From: Octopus sinensis
Lineage: Eukaryota
Direction: 5' to 3'
DNA length: 64,000 nucleotides
Assembly: GCF_006345805.1 (NCBI RefSeq)
Contig: NC_043006.1
Coordinates: 82,708,001 to 82,772,000 of the forward strand
The translations under genes were made by a program, and so were the position numbers. Below are positions 25,479 through 37,755 of this stretch, piece after piece. Numbering within the stretch: position 1 is the first letter of the stretch; each line of letters starts with the position of its first letter. Below the pieces are notes generated by a model that ran no database searches, had not been told where the DNA came from, and saw only the letters and a program-made list of their open reading frames with translations.

Positions 25479-25939
25479 TGTGACAGTTACAGAATATAGA
25501 AAGAAGTGCAAAGCCGATAACTATATAATCCAACCGAAATATCTCAGTTACGCAAACGTAAACAGAATTACTATTTAGCTTTAAAATACATCGTACATAT
25601 TCAGAGAACCTTCTTGGTTTAGTGGTACGGAATATTTTTCTCGTATTCTTTTATTCTTTTACATGTTTCAGGTATTTGACAGTGGTTATGCTGGAGCACC
25701 ACCCTTTAGTCGAAGAAATTGACCCCTGGACTTATTCCCTGCAAGCCTGGTGCTTATTCTATCAGTGTTTCGCTGAACAGCTAAGTTACAGGGACGCAAA
25801 CACACTAACATCGGTTCTCAAGCTATGGTGGTGGTGGTGGTGGGACAAACACAGACACAAACACACACATATATATATATACATATATACCTACATACAC
25901 ACATATATATATATATATATATAACTTAGAATAAATTAG

Positions 25940-27455
25940 AAAGGTTTTGGCCAGTATTGGCCCAGGCCATGCCTGACTTAACAGCACCACCTGGAGACGT
26001 CTTTCAATTCAGGATTTGGGCACCAAGGCCCATTCGAGCAGAGAGTTATTGTTTGCGGTGACATATCCGGGTGTGGGTGGTTTGTCCAGGACTGTTTGAA
26101 GGAATTTGTCCAAAGACTTCTTGAATTTTGTGTGATCAGTTTCTGTTTTGACGTGTCCTGGTGTAATGTTGAAGAGAGCGGGTCCAATTGAGGTGAAATA
26201 ATTGTGCCGTATTGTCATTATGTGATGCGATTTAAATTTTTGTTGTGGACGGATGGCACGTGGTCCAAGCCTTGGATGTATTTTGAAGGTGATGCCAACA
26301 TCATTCGGACAGTGCTGATGGAATATTTTCCACATCATATTATGACTCTCAAGGAAGTGAGTTATACGCGATCTCAGCACTCTCTCAAATACCTTAATGA
26401 TGTGAGAGGTGAGTGAGATTGGACGGTAATTCACGGCAAGCGATTTGTTTCCTTTTTTGAAAACTGGGACAACAGACTGGGATAGAAGGTCTTCTGGTAT
26501 ATATCCAGCATCCAGTGAGTTCCGCCACAGATTGGCTAGAGGGGGGTGCAAGTTGGTGTTGACACATCTTCAAGACACAAGCAGGGAACCTATCGGGACC
26601 TACTGCTGAATTATGCTTCATTTCTTTTATTGCTGCTAAGACATCAGGAGCGCCAAAGGTTATGTCCGATAAAGTGTATTGGGGAGTACCATCACTGATA
26701 CAGCCCAGATCAGTCATATCAGGATTGCTGAAAACAGAGCAATATTGTTTCTGCAATATCCCTCCCATGGTTTTGGCATTGTCTTGGAGAGTACCATTTG
26801 CATCAATCAGAGGGCCAACAGTAGAACCAGTGACTGTGTTTTTTTTCAAATGAAAAGAACACTTTGGGATTGAGTTTGATCTTCTCAATGGCCCAGGCCT
26901 CTTCAGCTCTTCTCTGACTATTGTTGTTTTGGAGTTTATGTTGTTTTGGAGTTTATGTTTTTTAATCTCTAGTGACGAGATGGCAGTCAGGTTGGTGTGT
27001 TGCTGTTGACAGTATTTCAGCTTGTTGATTTTTTTGTTAATTCTTTTAATTTTCTTGATGAGAGATTTTCTATTTCTAGGGATTCGACACTTAGATTTGT
27101 TTGCAGATCTTAATGGGGTGTGTTTTGCACATATGTTCGTAATGGTGTCTACAAATGACTGCCAGGACTTTTTGATGTTTTTGATGTTAGTGGGTGTGTA
27201 TGTGTGCGTGAAGGACCAATCGACTTGTGCAAGATCATTATTGATCGCTTCCCAGATTGCATTGTGGAAATCCATAGTGTCAAATGGATGAACAGGAGGG
27301 ATGACATTTGTTTTGCATTTTGACCGTTGATTGCTGAAAATTAAGTCTAAGACGTTTTTGTGACATCTCGTTGGTTCGAGCACCAGTTGGCACAGGAAGA
27401 AATCATCCATGAAGTCAAGAAGCGATTCCACTGCCTCCCTGTCAGCGGAGGTGGT
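25940..27455 (-). mobile_element. Second copy of the 1-3925 LINE family, 5'-truncated with a large internal deletion
   Basis: ORFs 26394-27431 and 26009-26551 are colinear with 1500-2660 and 3500-3890. The junction LESH/NMMWKIF near 26340 removes most of RT. Confidence 0.9.
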
Positions 27456-28224
27456 ACTTCAGTAGCGTGGCTTCAGTGCTGGGGATCTCGGCCCGCTCCA
27501 AGATTTTAATGTTTGTGACGATGTCACTCCAGTGAATGTTGAGGATGGTGCGGAGACATCCCTGGTGGAAGCGCTCGAGGAGACGGATGTAACTGCGGTA
27601 AGTGATCCAGGTCTCTGAGCCGTAGAGAAGAGTGGTGAGAACCACGGCCCTGTAGACACTGATCTTTGTTTTGTTCCTCAGGCCACCATTGTGCCAAACA
27701 CGTTCGTACAATCTGCCAAAGGAGCTATTTGCCTTAGAAAGTCTAATGTTAATTTCCTTGTCGATCCTTGCATCGGATGAGATGATGCAGCCCAGGTATG
27801 TAAACTGCTGTATTGATTTCAGTTCGATACCGCAGATAGTGATGTGGGGTGGGCCACCGACTGAGAGGAGCCCCGAGGAAGCGCTACAAAGACTGCCTCA
27901 AGAAGTCTCTAACAGCATGTCAAATTAACCACCAATGCTGGTCAGACCTGGCTGCGGACCGTGATGTCTGGCGCCACACGATCTTCAACGCAGTCAGCAA
28001 GTTTGAGGAACAAAGAAGAGACACGCTTAAAGACAAGAGACACAGGAGGAAGGCGCTGGCCGCCTCTGACACAACACCGGATGTTACCTTCGTCTGTGGA
28101 TACTGCTCACAGACCTGCCTTTCCCACATCTGACTTGTCAGTCATGAGCGTGCATGCACGCGACGTGGACAGGCTTCCTGATCTTCGTTCGCGAAGCCGA
28201 GCCATGATGATGATGATGATGATG

Positions 28225-28225
<1 letters not shown>
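27456..28225 (+). mobile_element. RTE-clade LINE 3' fragment with inverted 5' segment
   Basis: 27456-27852 on minus: PPHITICG...FTYLG...LLYGSETW...EATLLK. 27850-28190 on plus: GHRLRGAPRKRYKD...CGYCSQTC, followed by a (GAT)n tail. Confidence 0.85.
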
Positions 28226-28276
<51 letters not shown>

Positions 28277-28277
28277 C

Positions 28278-28325
<48 letters not shown>

Positions 28326-28445
28326 CATACACACATACATACATACGTACTTATATATATATATATATATATAGATAAACAGTATTTTTGAACATAACTA
28401 CACCAACCATTTTTTAGACCTAACACACAGGAACAGGGACACACG

Positions 28446-30753
28446 ATGGCAAAGGACAAACAAAAGAAACCTCAGGTAATTAAGATAATCAATCTCTCAA
28501 ACAAAGAACTTACACCTAACGAAATAAGCATACTCTCCAAAAGACTTAAATTTACACCAACCCCACAACGTTCTAATTACTATGAAATGAAAGATGATTT
28601 TTCGGAATTTTGTAGGAAACTAAGACTTACCGAGGCATTTCATGGCAAACAAATAGATGATGAATCAATAGCTAGAAACAACAGCAATTACACCCCTACC
28701 AAGGGAAAGAATAAAGCCTTAGACCGCTATTGTGACTACATAACTAATTTCCCTTTTCAATTCACCAAGAAACAAAAACACAGCCAAAACTTTAACAAAA
28801 GAGAATGGAACGACCTCATCAAACTAAGAGAAGACAAAATAATAACAATTAAGGAGGCAGATAAGGGCAACGCGGTAGTATTAATGAATACAAACGATTA
28901 TAAAAATTTAGTGCTATCCCTATTAAGAGATGAAACGTATTATGAAAGGGCCCAACAGTATAATCAGCCAAAAATAATGTATAACCTCAGGACATTAATC
29001 AACACATACCGAGAAGGACACATGGACAAGGAGTATGAATACATCACTAACTTCAAGTGCAAATCAAGTTTGTTCTACGGTATCCCTAAAGTCCACAAAA
29101 GCCAAATAATTAGTGAAACATGCAAAACATCTACCGATATACTCATCAAAATCCCTTCACCAAATGATCTTAAACTTAGACTGATAATAGCAAGCCCAGC
29201 ATGTGAATCTCACCGCCTCAGCAATTTCTTAGACACACTTTTTAAACCTTTCCTAAAGCACATCAAAAGCTACGTAAGAGACGATATAGACATGCTTAAC
29301 TACCTCCCTAAAACAGTCAATGAGAAAACCCTTCTAGTATCCTTCGACGTAATTAACCTTTATTCAAACATCCCTCACATCCTCGGAATAGAAGCGATCA
29401 CTTTCTGGCTAAATAACTACTCCTTTGAACTCCCAACTCGCATAAATAAATAACTTATAATAGAAGGACTTAGATTTATTTTAGAAAACAATTACTTTAT
29501 TTTTGACAATAATGTCTACAGACAAAGATCGGGAACAGCGATGGGCACGCGTACTGCACCTTCTTTTGCCAACCTAGTGATGGGATACCTCGAGAAAATA
29601 CTCTACCAGATAACACTTGAGAAATATGGAGACACCTTCTCCACCTATATCCAGAACAACTGGAAAACATACCTCGACGACTGCTTTATCCTCTGGGATA
29701 AAAGTATAGAGAAACTTGAGGAATTTAAAATACTATTAAATGGAATAAATGATAATATACAATTCACGATGGATCATAACGAAGAATAATCACCATTTTC
29801 AGACATCCTCATTAAGAAAGCCGGCAACAAAATAGAGACAGATATCTATTATAAACCGACAGACACCAAACAGTACCTACCCATTGATTCATGCCACCCA
29901 AGACACACTAGAATAAATATCTCTTTTTGTTTAGCTAGAAGGATTTGCACCATAATATCAGACACAAACACCCGACACACACGTCTCCACACGTCTCCAG
30001 GAACTTAGAACTACACTCATAAATAGAAATTATCCACAGCCCCTAATAGACAGTGCAATCCAACAGGCACTTAAATTAAGTATAGAAGACCTGAGACAAA
30101 CAAAACCAAAAAAGAAAGAAAAATTAAAAACCCTTCCCTGCATCTCTACACACAACCCACTTAACAATGAGACCTTCAGCACCATACTACAAAGCACAGC
30201 CCTACTAAAGGGAGACCCAAAGATGAATCGGATCCTCGAAACACACACCATCATTAAAAATAAACGGCAACCAAAATCCTTGAAAAGGATTTTAACCCAA
30301 GCTAAACTGCACTCAACATCAACCACAAAACCAGCAGTTAGAAAATGTGAAAGGCCCAACTGCGGAATCTGTGTCATCTTGGTAGAAGGTTCAGAATTTA
30401 TACTAGAACAAGGCCATCAGTTCACCATTAGAACAAACATCACCTGTGCATCAGAAATCTTAATTTACGTCTTAACATGCGCAGGCTGCAATAGGCAGTA
30501 TATAGGCTATACAAAAAATAGCTTACGTAAAAGGATGGCGGTGCATAAATCCCAAATTAGAAACTCTGAATACCGGAAAATACCGGTCAGCGGACACATA
30601 GATAGAAGTGCTACAAATGAAAATCCGAAATTTACAACTCACCCACTTTACAAATTCAGTGACAGCGTAACCTTCACCCAACGCCAAAATAAAGAACTCT
30701 ATTTCATCAAAAAATTTAGACCAAGTTTGAACACCCTGGGCCAGGAATATTAA
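28446..30753 (+). mobile_element. Penelope-like element ORF (RT + GIY-YIG), near complete but disrupted; Neptune-like Cys linker
   Basis: IINLS...LKFTPTP, FYGIPKVHK, SFDVINLYSNIP, MGTRTAPSFAN, YLDD, CERPNCGIC, IYVLTC...YIGYT. Stops at about 29451 and 29787, and a 10-bp tandem duplication (29978-29997) causing a frameshift. Confidence 0.92.
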
Positions 30754-31372
30754 AACAAAACATTAGTCTTCCGAAAAGGAAAAATGAAATTCTACCACAA
30801 CCACCACGACCACTACGACTGCTTCCACTAGCTGCACTACTACTACAACCACCGTGGTCACTACTATTGCTGCTACGGCCACAGTGTGAGAATTAAAATA
30901 GTAAAAAAAGGGTGGAGGTGGGGGAATTACAATTTCTCAGATCTTTAAACAGTCACTCCCGCTTGCAGTGGTATGTTTTAGGGAAAGATGAATTTATAAA
31001 AAAATTTTTTTGTGCGAGCAGATCTGATTTTTATTCGTTAAAAAATTGATTGCGTTTTTCTTCCGTGGTCAAGCTTGTCGTTCTGCTTGGTTGGTTTCCT
31101 TACAGGATACCGTTATGGGTCTTTTCCTTGTATTCGTTGAAGTTTGGTTTTGATTGGTATGGAATTATGTGACGTCAGTGAGCAGTGCCAGTGAACCGAC
31201 CACTACTGCTACTGCTGCTGCCACAGCTTAACTGCTACAACCCCAACCACCACCAAGGTTACCAAAATTACGGCCAACAGTAACAGCCACAGGTTACTAC
31301 TACTACGACCAACAATCACTACTGTTGCTACCATTGGAACACAAGGTAACAAAAAAGCGGTTCCTTTTGATA

Positions 31373-31615
31373 CCAGCAAGAAACAATAATGGACTTCTTC
31401 ACTACACTCAACAGTAATATAGCGATTATACCAACTAACGACAAAACACCACCACACGGATTCTATTGAGAACAGTAAGAAACGATTATGAACTTTTCTA
31501 TTGCACTTTTTATAATATTTTTGATAAGGTTCGTTTTTTCAAGAACCGAAACATGTAAAATTCATAAGAAAATTAAAATTTATCTAATATAGTGGCGTTT
31601 TCAAACTTCTTTTTT

Positions 31616-31658
<43 letters not shown>

Positions 31659-31908
31659 GTTTAACAAAATTCCTTTTTATTATTTTGAACACCCTGGGCC
31701 AGTAATAAAAAGGAATTTTGTTAAATCTTCGTTCAGCTCCATTTCTTCCTACACTTAATATATAAAACTTCAAATTTCCGCACTAAGGCACGGATTTTAT
31801 GCCCCATGGTCGTAACTACAACCGTGCTTTTTCTGTTGTGATTTTTGCTACCCAGGTATTGGTTATCATCATTTGAATTATCCGTAATAAGATAATTCAT
31901 TTATCTAC

Positions 31909-31961
<53 letters not shown>

Positions 31962-32405
31962 TATGTATGTATACATGCATGTATATATGTATGTATGTTG
32001 TATGTATGTATGTATGTATGTATGTATGTATGTATGTATGTATGTATGTATGCATACATACATACAGCAAGAAACAATAATGGACTTCTTCACTACACTC
32101 AACAGTAATATAGCGATTATACCAACTAACGACAAAACACCACCACATGGATTCTATTGAGAATGGTAAGAAACGATTATGAACTTTTCTATTGCACTTT
32201 TTATAATATATTTGATAAGTTTCGTTTTTTCAAGAACATGGATTCTATTGAGACCAGTAAGAAACGATTATGAACTTTTCCATTGTACTTTTTATAATAT
32301 TTTTGATAAGGTTCGTTTTTTCAAGAACATGGATTCTATTGAGACCAGTAAGAAACGATTATGAACTTTTCCATATAGTGGCGTTTTCAAACTTCTTTTT
32401 TACAA
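31373..32405 (+). repeat. Partially tandem PLE-type terminal repeats with a variant hammerhead
   Basis: Block CAGCAAGAAACAATAATGG... at 31373 and 32065, plus ~91-bp sub-repeats near 32148-32375. Hammerhead-like motif at 31517-31561. Confidence 0.7.
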
Positions 32406-32414
32406 ATATATATA

Positions 32415-32450
<36 letters not shown>

Positions 32451-33294
32451 TGTATGTATGTATGTATGTATTTATGTATGTATTTATGTATGTATGTATG
32501 TATGTATGTATGTATGTATGTATATGATGGGCTTGGAGGTGGTAGTGAAGCTGGCTGCTGCAATTTTCTGGTTTGCTGGTATGCCGAGAGAGATCCAGCT
32601 CTGTTTCGCATATTTTCTAAGTACAGCTACCGTTGCTCTTGACTTATGTGTTCTCGATTCTGTTGATCTCTGTCTCTCTAATTTTGAAAATACACTTCTC
32701 TTTGGTCCTGGCGTATTTGTCCTATCCTTTGCTGATTTCTTTCCCTCCTATACCGTCGGATACGCTCCCTTTCCTCTTGGCTTATTTCCTTTCTTCTCTG
32801 TCTCATTCACACGCAATTTTGATACCTTCTTTCCACCCGCTATTCCTCGCTCAACCGTTCTCTCTTTCTACGCCGACGCTCTCGTGTTCGCCTACATTCC
32901 ATTATCCATATTTTAAAACTTGTTAATAAAACAACATATCTCCAAAATGATTCGGAGTGTTTCAATAGAGAAACATATACGAATGTATTAAACAGTTTTT
33001 GTTTAAAAGGTGGAAATATTTCTGAAATACTCACTTAATATGCAAGTACACAATATATAGGATACGGTAATAAATTATATTGTAGGAGAGTAAAAAGTAA
33101 AGGGTAAAATAGAATTAATATTTTTGATCTTGTTCGGCTCTATGAATTCAATTCTTTTTTAAATGCTTTCGTCAATTGCTTGATACAAGAAAAAAGAAAT
33201 AAGAAAAATCTTGACTAAAACACAGAAATTCGAACTCAACAAAAAATACAGAAAGAAAAAGTTGCGTTTATTTCCACCACGTGACACTTATTAT

Positions 33295-33366
<72 letters not shown>

Positions 33367-34009
33367 TACATATGTGAATGAATGTGTGTGTCTATATGCG
33401 TGTATGTATGTTTGTGTATTTTAGTTATTTACTTAGACACATCAACAAATTAGCCAATTGAACAACTCTGTGTTGTTGTTCAATTTGCTAGAAATAACAG
33501 CCAAACCTCTCTCATACTTTACTTTTGTTAGTATTAAAGAAAAGGGAAAAATAGAATTGGTATTTTTGATTTTGTTATACCCTATGAATTTAATAGTTTT
33601 AATGTTTTTATCCATTACTTGATACAAGGAAAAAGAAATTGGAAAAATTCTGACCAAAACATAGAAATTGTAACTTAACAAAAATATAGAAAGAGAAAGA
33701 AAATGTATTCGAAAGCAAAAAGATGTTTTTTAGCTGAGATGTAACTTTATAATTTAAATCAAATTCAAAGTTTTAATTTCGGAACATTAGATTTTACATG
33801 TTATCTGGTGTATGGCCGAATTCAAAAGGGTAGAAGGCTTAAAACAACTATGTGTGTATTTGGGCCTTTAATAGCCAGGGGTCAATTTCAGTTCAATCGT
33901 AGAAAGGAATTCAAATACCTATGAACCACTTCCTCTCACTCTCTCTATCTTTCTTTCTCACTTCCTCTCTCTCCCTTGCTCGACAGGCGTCAAATTTAAG
34001 ATACTTAAA

Positions 34010-34390
34010 ATAATAGTGGCTGAGAATATATGTATCGCTGATCATGAGCAGAAGTGGGGGAGCATCATAGACATGTGCCGAGAGGAATACTTTGGGATTT
34101 GGATAATTCACCTTTGGGAAACATGGGTGTTTCGTTCAACATCCTTAAACAACTCTTATTCAGGGACATTTTGAGTGGGATGTGCTACTCGGCCTGAAGA
34201 AAATTGTAACTGGGCTCCACCTGCAAGGTCATGCGCCATTCAACTTGATAGGAAATCATAATGTCGTGCACATACGGTTGTGATGCATGTGCCTGGTGTA
34301 CCCTTATTAGACGAGTATCAATGTTGAGTATACTGAGTTTCGTATATCTTACCCCAGGGTCACCGCGATGGCATGCACTGCTCTCTCACT
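34010..34390 (+). repeat. Unclassified interspersed repeat ('repeat X'); related copies at 34960-35460, 37225-37427 and 43380-43583
   Basis: Shared segments such as GAGCAGAAGT..GGGGAGCAT, ATTCTAACTGGGC and ATATTTGTACCCCAG. Confidence 0.6.
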
Positions 34391-34410
34391 CATTGACAAT
34401 GATAATAATC

Positions 34411-34914
34411 CTTTCTATTATAGGAATAAGGCCTGAAATTTGGAGAAGGGTGATAGTCAATTATATCGAACCAGTACACAAATGGTACTTAATTAATCGA
34501 CCCCGAAGGGATGAAAGGCAAAGTCGACCCCGGTGGAATTTGAACTCGGAACGTCGCGACGGGTGAAATACCTATTTCTTTACTACCCACAAGGGGCTAA
34601 ACACAGAGGAGACAAACAAGGACAGACAAACAGATTAAGTCGATTATATCGACTCCAGTGCATGACTTGTACCTATTTTATCGACCTCGAAAGGATGAAA
34701 GGCAAAGTCGACCTCGGCGGAATTTGAACTCAGAACGTAACGGCAGACGAAATACCTGTTTCTTTATTACCCACAAGGGGCTAAACATAGAGGGGACAAA
34801 CAAGAACAGGCAAACGGATTAAGTCGATTACATCGACCCCAGTGCGTAACTGGTACTTATTTTATCGACTGCGCATTTCGCCCGGCGTGCTAACGTTTCT
34901 GCCAGCTCGCCGCC
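34411..34914 (-). mobile_element. SINE with internally repeated body segments
   Basis: Head GGCGGCGAGCTGGCAGAAACGTTAGCACG ends at 34914. The GAAAGGCAAAGTCGACC block repeats at about 34514 and 34700. Confidence 0.8.
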
Positions 34915-35520
34915 TTAATAATAATGATAATAATAAATAACAGACACTGGATTTCATAGCTTTTGATCTTAACTGATTGGAAGTGTTATCATGTACATTG
35001 TTTTGTATAAAAGATGGGCTACAGCAAATATTCTGCTCAGTACCACAGATCTGTTTGTCAGTTGTTTGATCTCAAACAGTTAAACATGTCCCTTAGTGGT
35101 TAACGATATGTGCATCTCTGATCACGAGCAGAAGTAGTGGGGGAGCATAGTAGTTGAGAGGAAGTATTTGGAGTTTGAATAATTCACCTCTGGGAACATG
35201 GGTGTTTCGTTCAACAGACATAAACGATAGTTATTCAGGGACCTTTTGAGTAGGATGTGCCACTTAAATTGAAAAAAGTTCTAACAGGAACCCACGTGCA
35301 GTGTCATGCTGTGTTTATTTTGAGATGTGACCACCATGTGATACACGCATGGTTGCGATGCTTTTGCCTAGTGTACCGTTATCAGACGGATTGTCATGAT
35401 GGGTATATTGAGCTTCCTATATTTGTACCCCAGTGATGGCATGAACTGCACTCTCGTTTAGTAATAATAATAACATTAATAATAAAAATAGTAATAACAA
35501 TAATAATAAAAATAATAATG

Positions 35521-35575
<55 letters not shown>

Positions 35576-35596
35576 TAATAACAATAACAACAACAA

Positions 35597-35911
35597 CTTT
35601 CAAAATACAAAGACCTGGAAATAGAGGTAACCAGAATGTGGAATCTAAAAGCAGAAACAATTCCTATCATAGTAGGTGCATTAGGCATGATAAAAAAAAT
35701 ATTCAGACAAATACATAACAAAAACACCAGGAATTACAAACACATATACCATAGAAAAAATTGCACTACTAGGCACTGCACATATCCTACGCAGAACACT
35801 TTCCATACAATAACCATCAGAGCATCACAACAAATCACAGCCCATACCCAAGGCACACAGAGCTGCGCTCGGTAGTGGAGTAAAGGCACGCTATAAAACT
35901 AAAACTACTGA
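35597..35911 (+). mobile_element. R4/Dong LINE 3'-end fragment in (AAT)n
   Basis: Near-identical to 47905-48219. Confidence 0.9.
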
Positions 35912-35997
35912 ACGACAATTATAATAACAACAACAACAACAACAAAAACTACAACAACAACGACAACAACAAGGACAATTATAATAATAATTTCTTC

Positions 35998-37427
35998 TAT
36001 AGGCAAAAGGCCTGAAATTTAAGAGGTGGGGTCTATTACATCGACCCATGTACGCAATGGACACTGATATCCTCAGCCGAAAGGATGAAATGCGAAGTAG
36101 ACCTCAGTGGAATTTGAATTCAGAACGTAAAAGCGGGAGAAGTACTGCAAAGAATTTTACCCAGTGTGCTAATGTTTTTGTTGCAGTCTCAAGTGCTCAA
36201 TTGCCATATATATCATTTATTTTAATTTAATCCCCATCTCAGATCCTAGTGTCATAAAGCTGGCATGAAATAAAATTTAACATAATGAGCTGCAGGGTGT
36301 TACATATGTAGTTACTTCAATCATTATCTTACGGGTTGTGAAAATGAACCAGACTGCCTACCTGCCTCTTTTCTCTTTCCTATCCCCAACATGTTCACTA
36401 ACTGCTCTGTAAGCTATAAATCTTTTGAACGCCTTACGCACTAGCTAACCATTTAATGTCTTTCTAGCTTTGCTATGTTCTCTCATTCAAAGCTAGCCTC
36501 AGCTGGAATCAGCTTCGGCTGGCCCACTGTGGTGAAATGTTGTTCATATATTGTTTGAAATGTTATGCATCACCTAATGAAAGCGTTTCTTTTTGTTATG
36601 ATACAATGTACTTATTAATCCATTAAAGATATCCGCAGGAAATAGCTGTAATGAAGTGACGCGTATCCATCGTTTTGTTAATTTTTTGTTCATAATGCAC
36701 CTCATTGGTATTCCGACCCGTCTGGAGTATACCAAATACTGTACGACCAATATAATGTAGAGTTTTTGGTTTGGCCATTAGGCAATTAAAATACTCATGA
36801 GGTTTAAATTCTCTATATATATAACCTGAATATTTCTGGATGTACTTCTGTACCTATGATATTTATTCGACTTAAGGGGCTGTTTCCAAATTAATTCGAC
36901 CCTACCTGATAACTATAATTTAAGTTCCAGATTCTTTTCAATCTTTAATATCGTATATATATATATATGTATATATTTATGTGTCTGTGTTTTTGTGTCT
37001 CCTACAGAAAATTGCAGGAAGTGAACAATGGCCACTGGTAGGTGAAAATACTTTCTTTGACCGCGTGGTTGGACAGGAAATAGATGGTGACAGTGCATCT
37101 GTGTAGGGTAGGGAATCATTGTGGCTTGTGAGCATATGAGCTTGTGTGCACGTGTGCGCGTGTATTTGTGAGTGTGTGGCTGGGTGTATATTTATAAGTA
37201 GGTTTCTGTGCGTGTGATGGCTACTCAACCTGAATAAAATTCTAACTGGGCTTCACTTGCATGGTCATGCGCTGTTTAACTTGACATGAGATCATCATGT
37301 CGCGCACATGTAGCTGTGATACATGTGCTTGGAGTATCCTCATTGGACGGGTAGTCATGATGGGTGTACTGGGTCCGTATATTTGTACCCCAGTGTCATT
37401 TTGATGACACACTCTGCTCTCTCACTC
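35998..37427. repeat. Triplicated block, copy A (SINE remnant + ~1.1 kb non-TE sequence + repeat X)
   Basis: Colinear with 42149-43583 and 48279-49490. Confidence 0.92.
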
Positions 37428-37459
<32 letters not shown>

Positions 37460-37469
37460 TAATAATAAT

Positions 37470-37719
37470 TGTGTTGTGAACGATGAAAGAGGACAACAGA
37501 AAAAAGGGAGAATGGAAATACAATCGGGCCTTACCTCGTCGAAGATTATTTCGGATCCCTCTCAGCCAACTCGATACGTCTCGTACCTTCGTTGTCTCTA
37601 CAGCAACTCGTCGATCCCACACGTGCGTCCTCCCTGCTGCTTCCGCTTCCTGCCGCGCATGCGCTCTGCAAGCCTTACTTCCGCCCTCCCCTATCTGTCA
37701 TCCTCTCACGAACACCACA
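37470..37719 (-). repeat. 3' LTR
   Basis: Direct repeat of 41419-41665. Confidence 0.95.
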
Positions 37720-37733
37720 CGCCCCCCTGATCT
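37720..37733 (-). other. Polypurine tract
   Basis: Minus strand AGATCAGGGGGGCG abuts the 3' LTR. Confidence 0.7.
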
Positions 37734-37755
37734 ACAGATCACTGAACCGGCTTTC

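Noticed and set aside
32540-32930. Charged R/E-rich minus-strand reading resembling Helitron N-termini
   Set aside because: Multiple stops and no Rep or helicase motif nearby.
36630-36825. Minus-strand reading ...MAKPKTLHYIGRTVFGILQTGR... in the triplicated block
   Set aside because: About 50 aa, frame shifted in copy C, and no family recognised.
37547-37554. TATTTCGG in the 3' LTR as a Tf1-like self-primer for the PBS
   Set aside because: Only an 8-nt match, mismatched in the 5' LTR (TAGTTCGG), with no evidence it is the transcript start. The 12/12 tRNA-Phe match explains the site better, but self-priming is not formally excluded.
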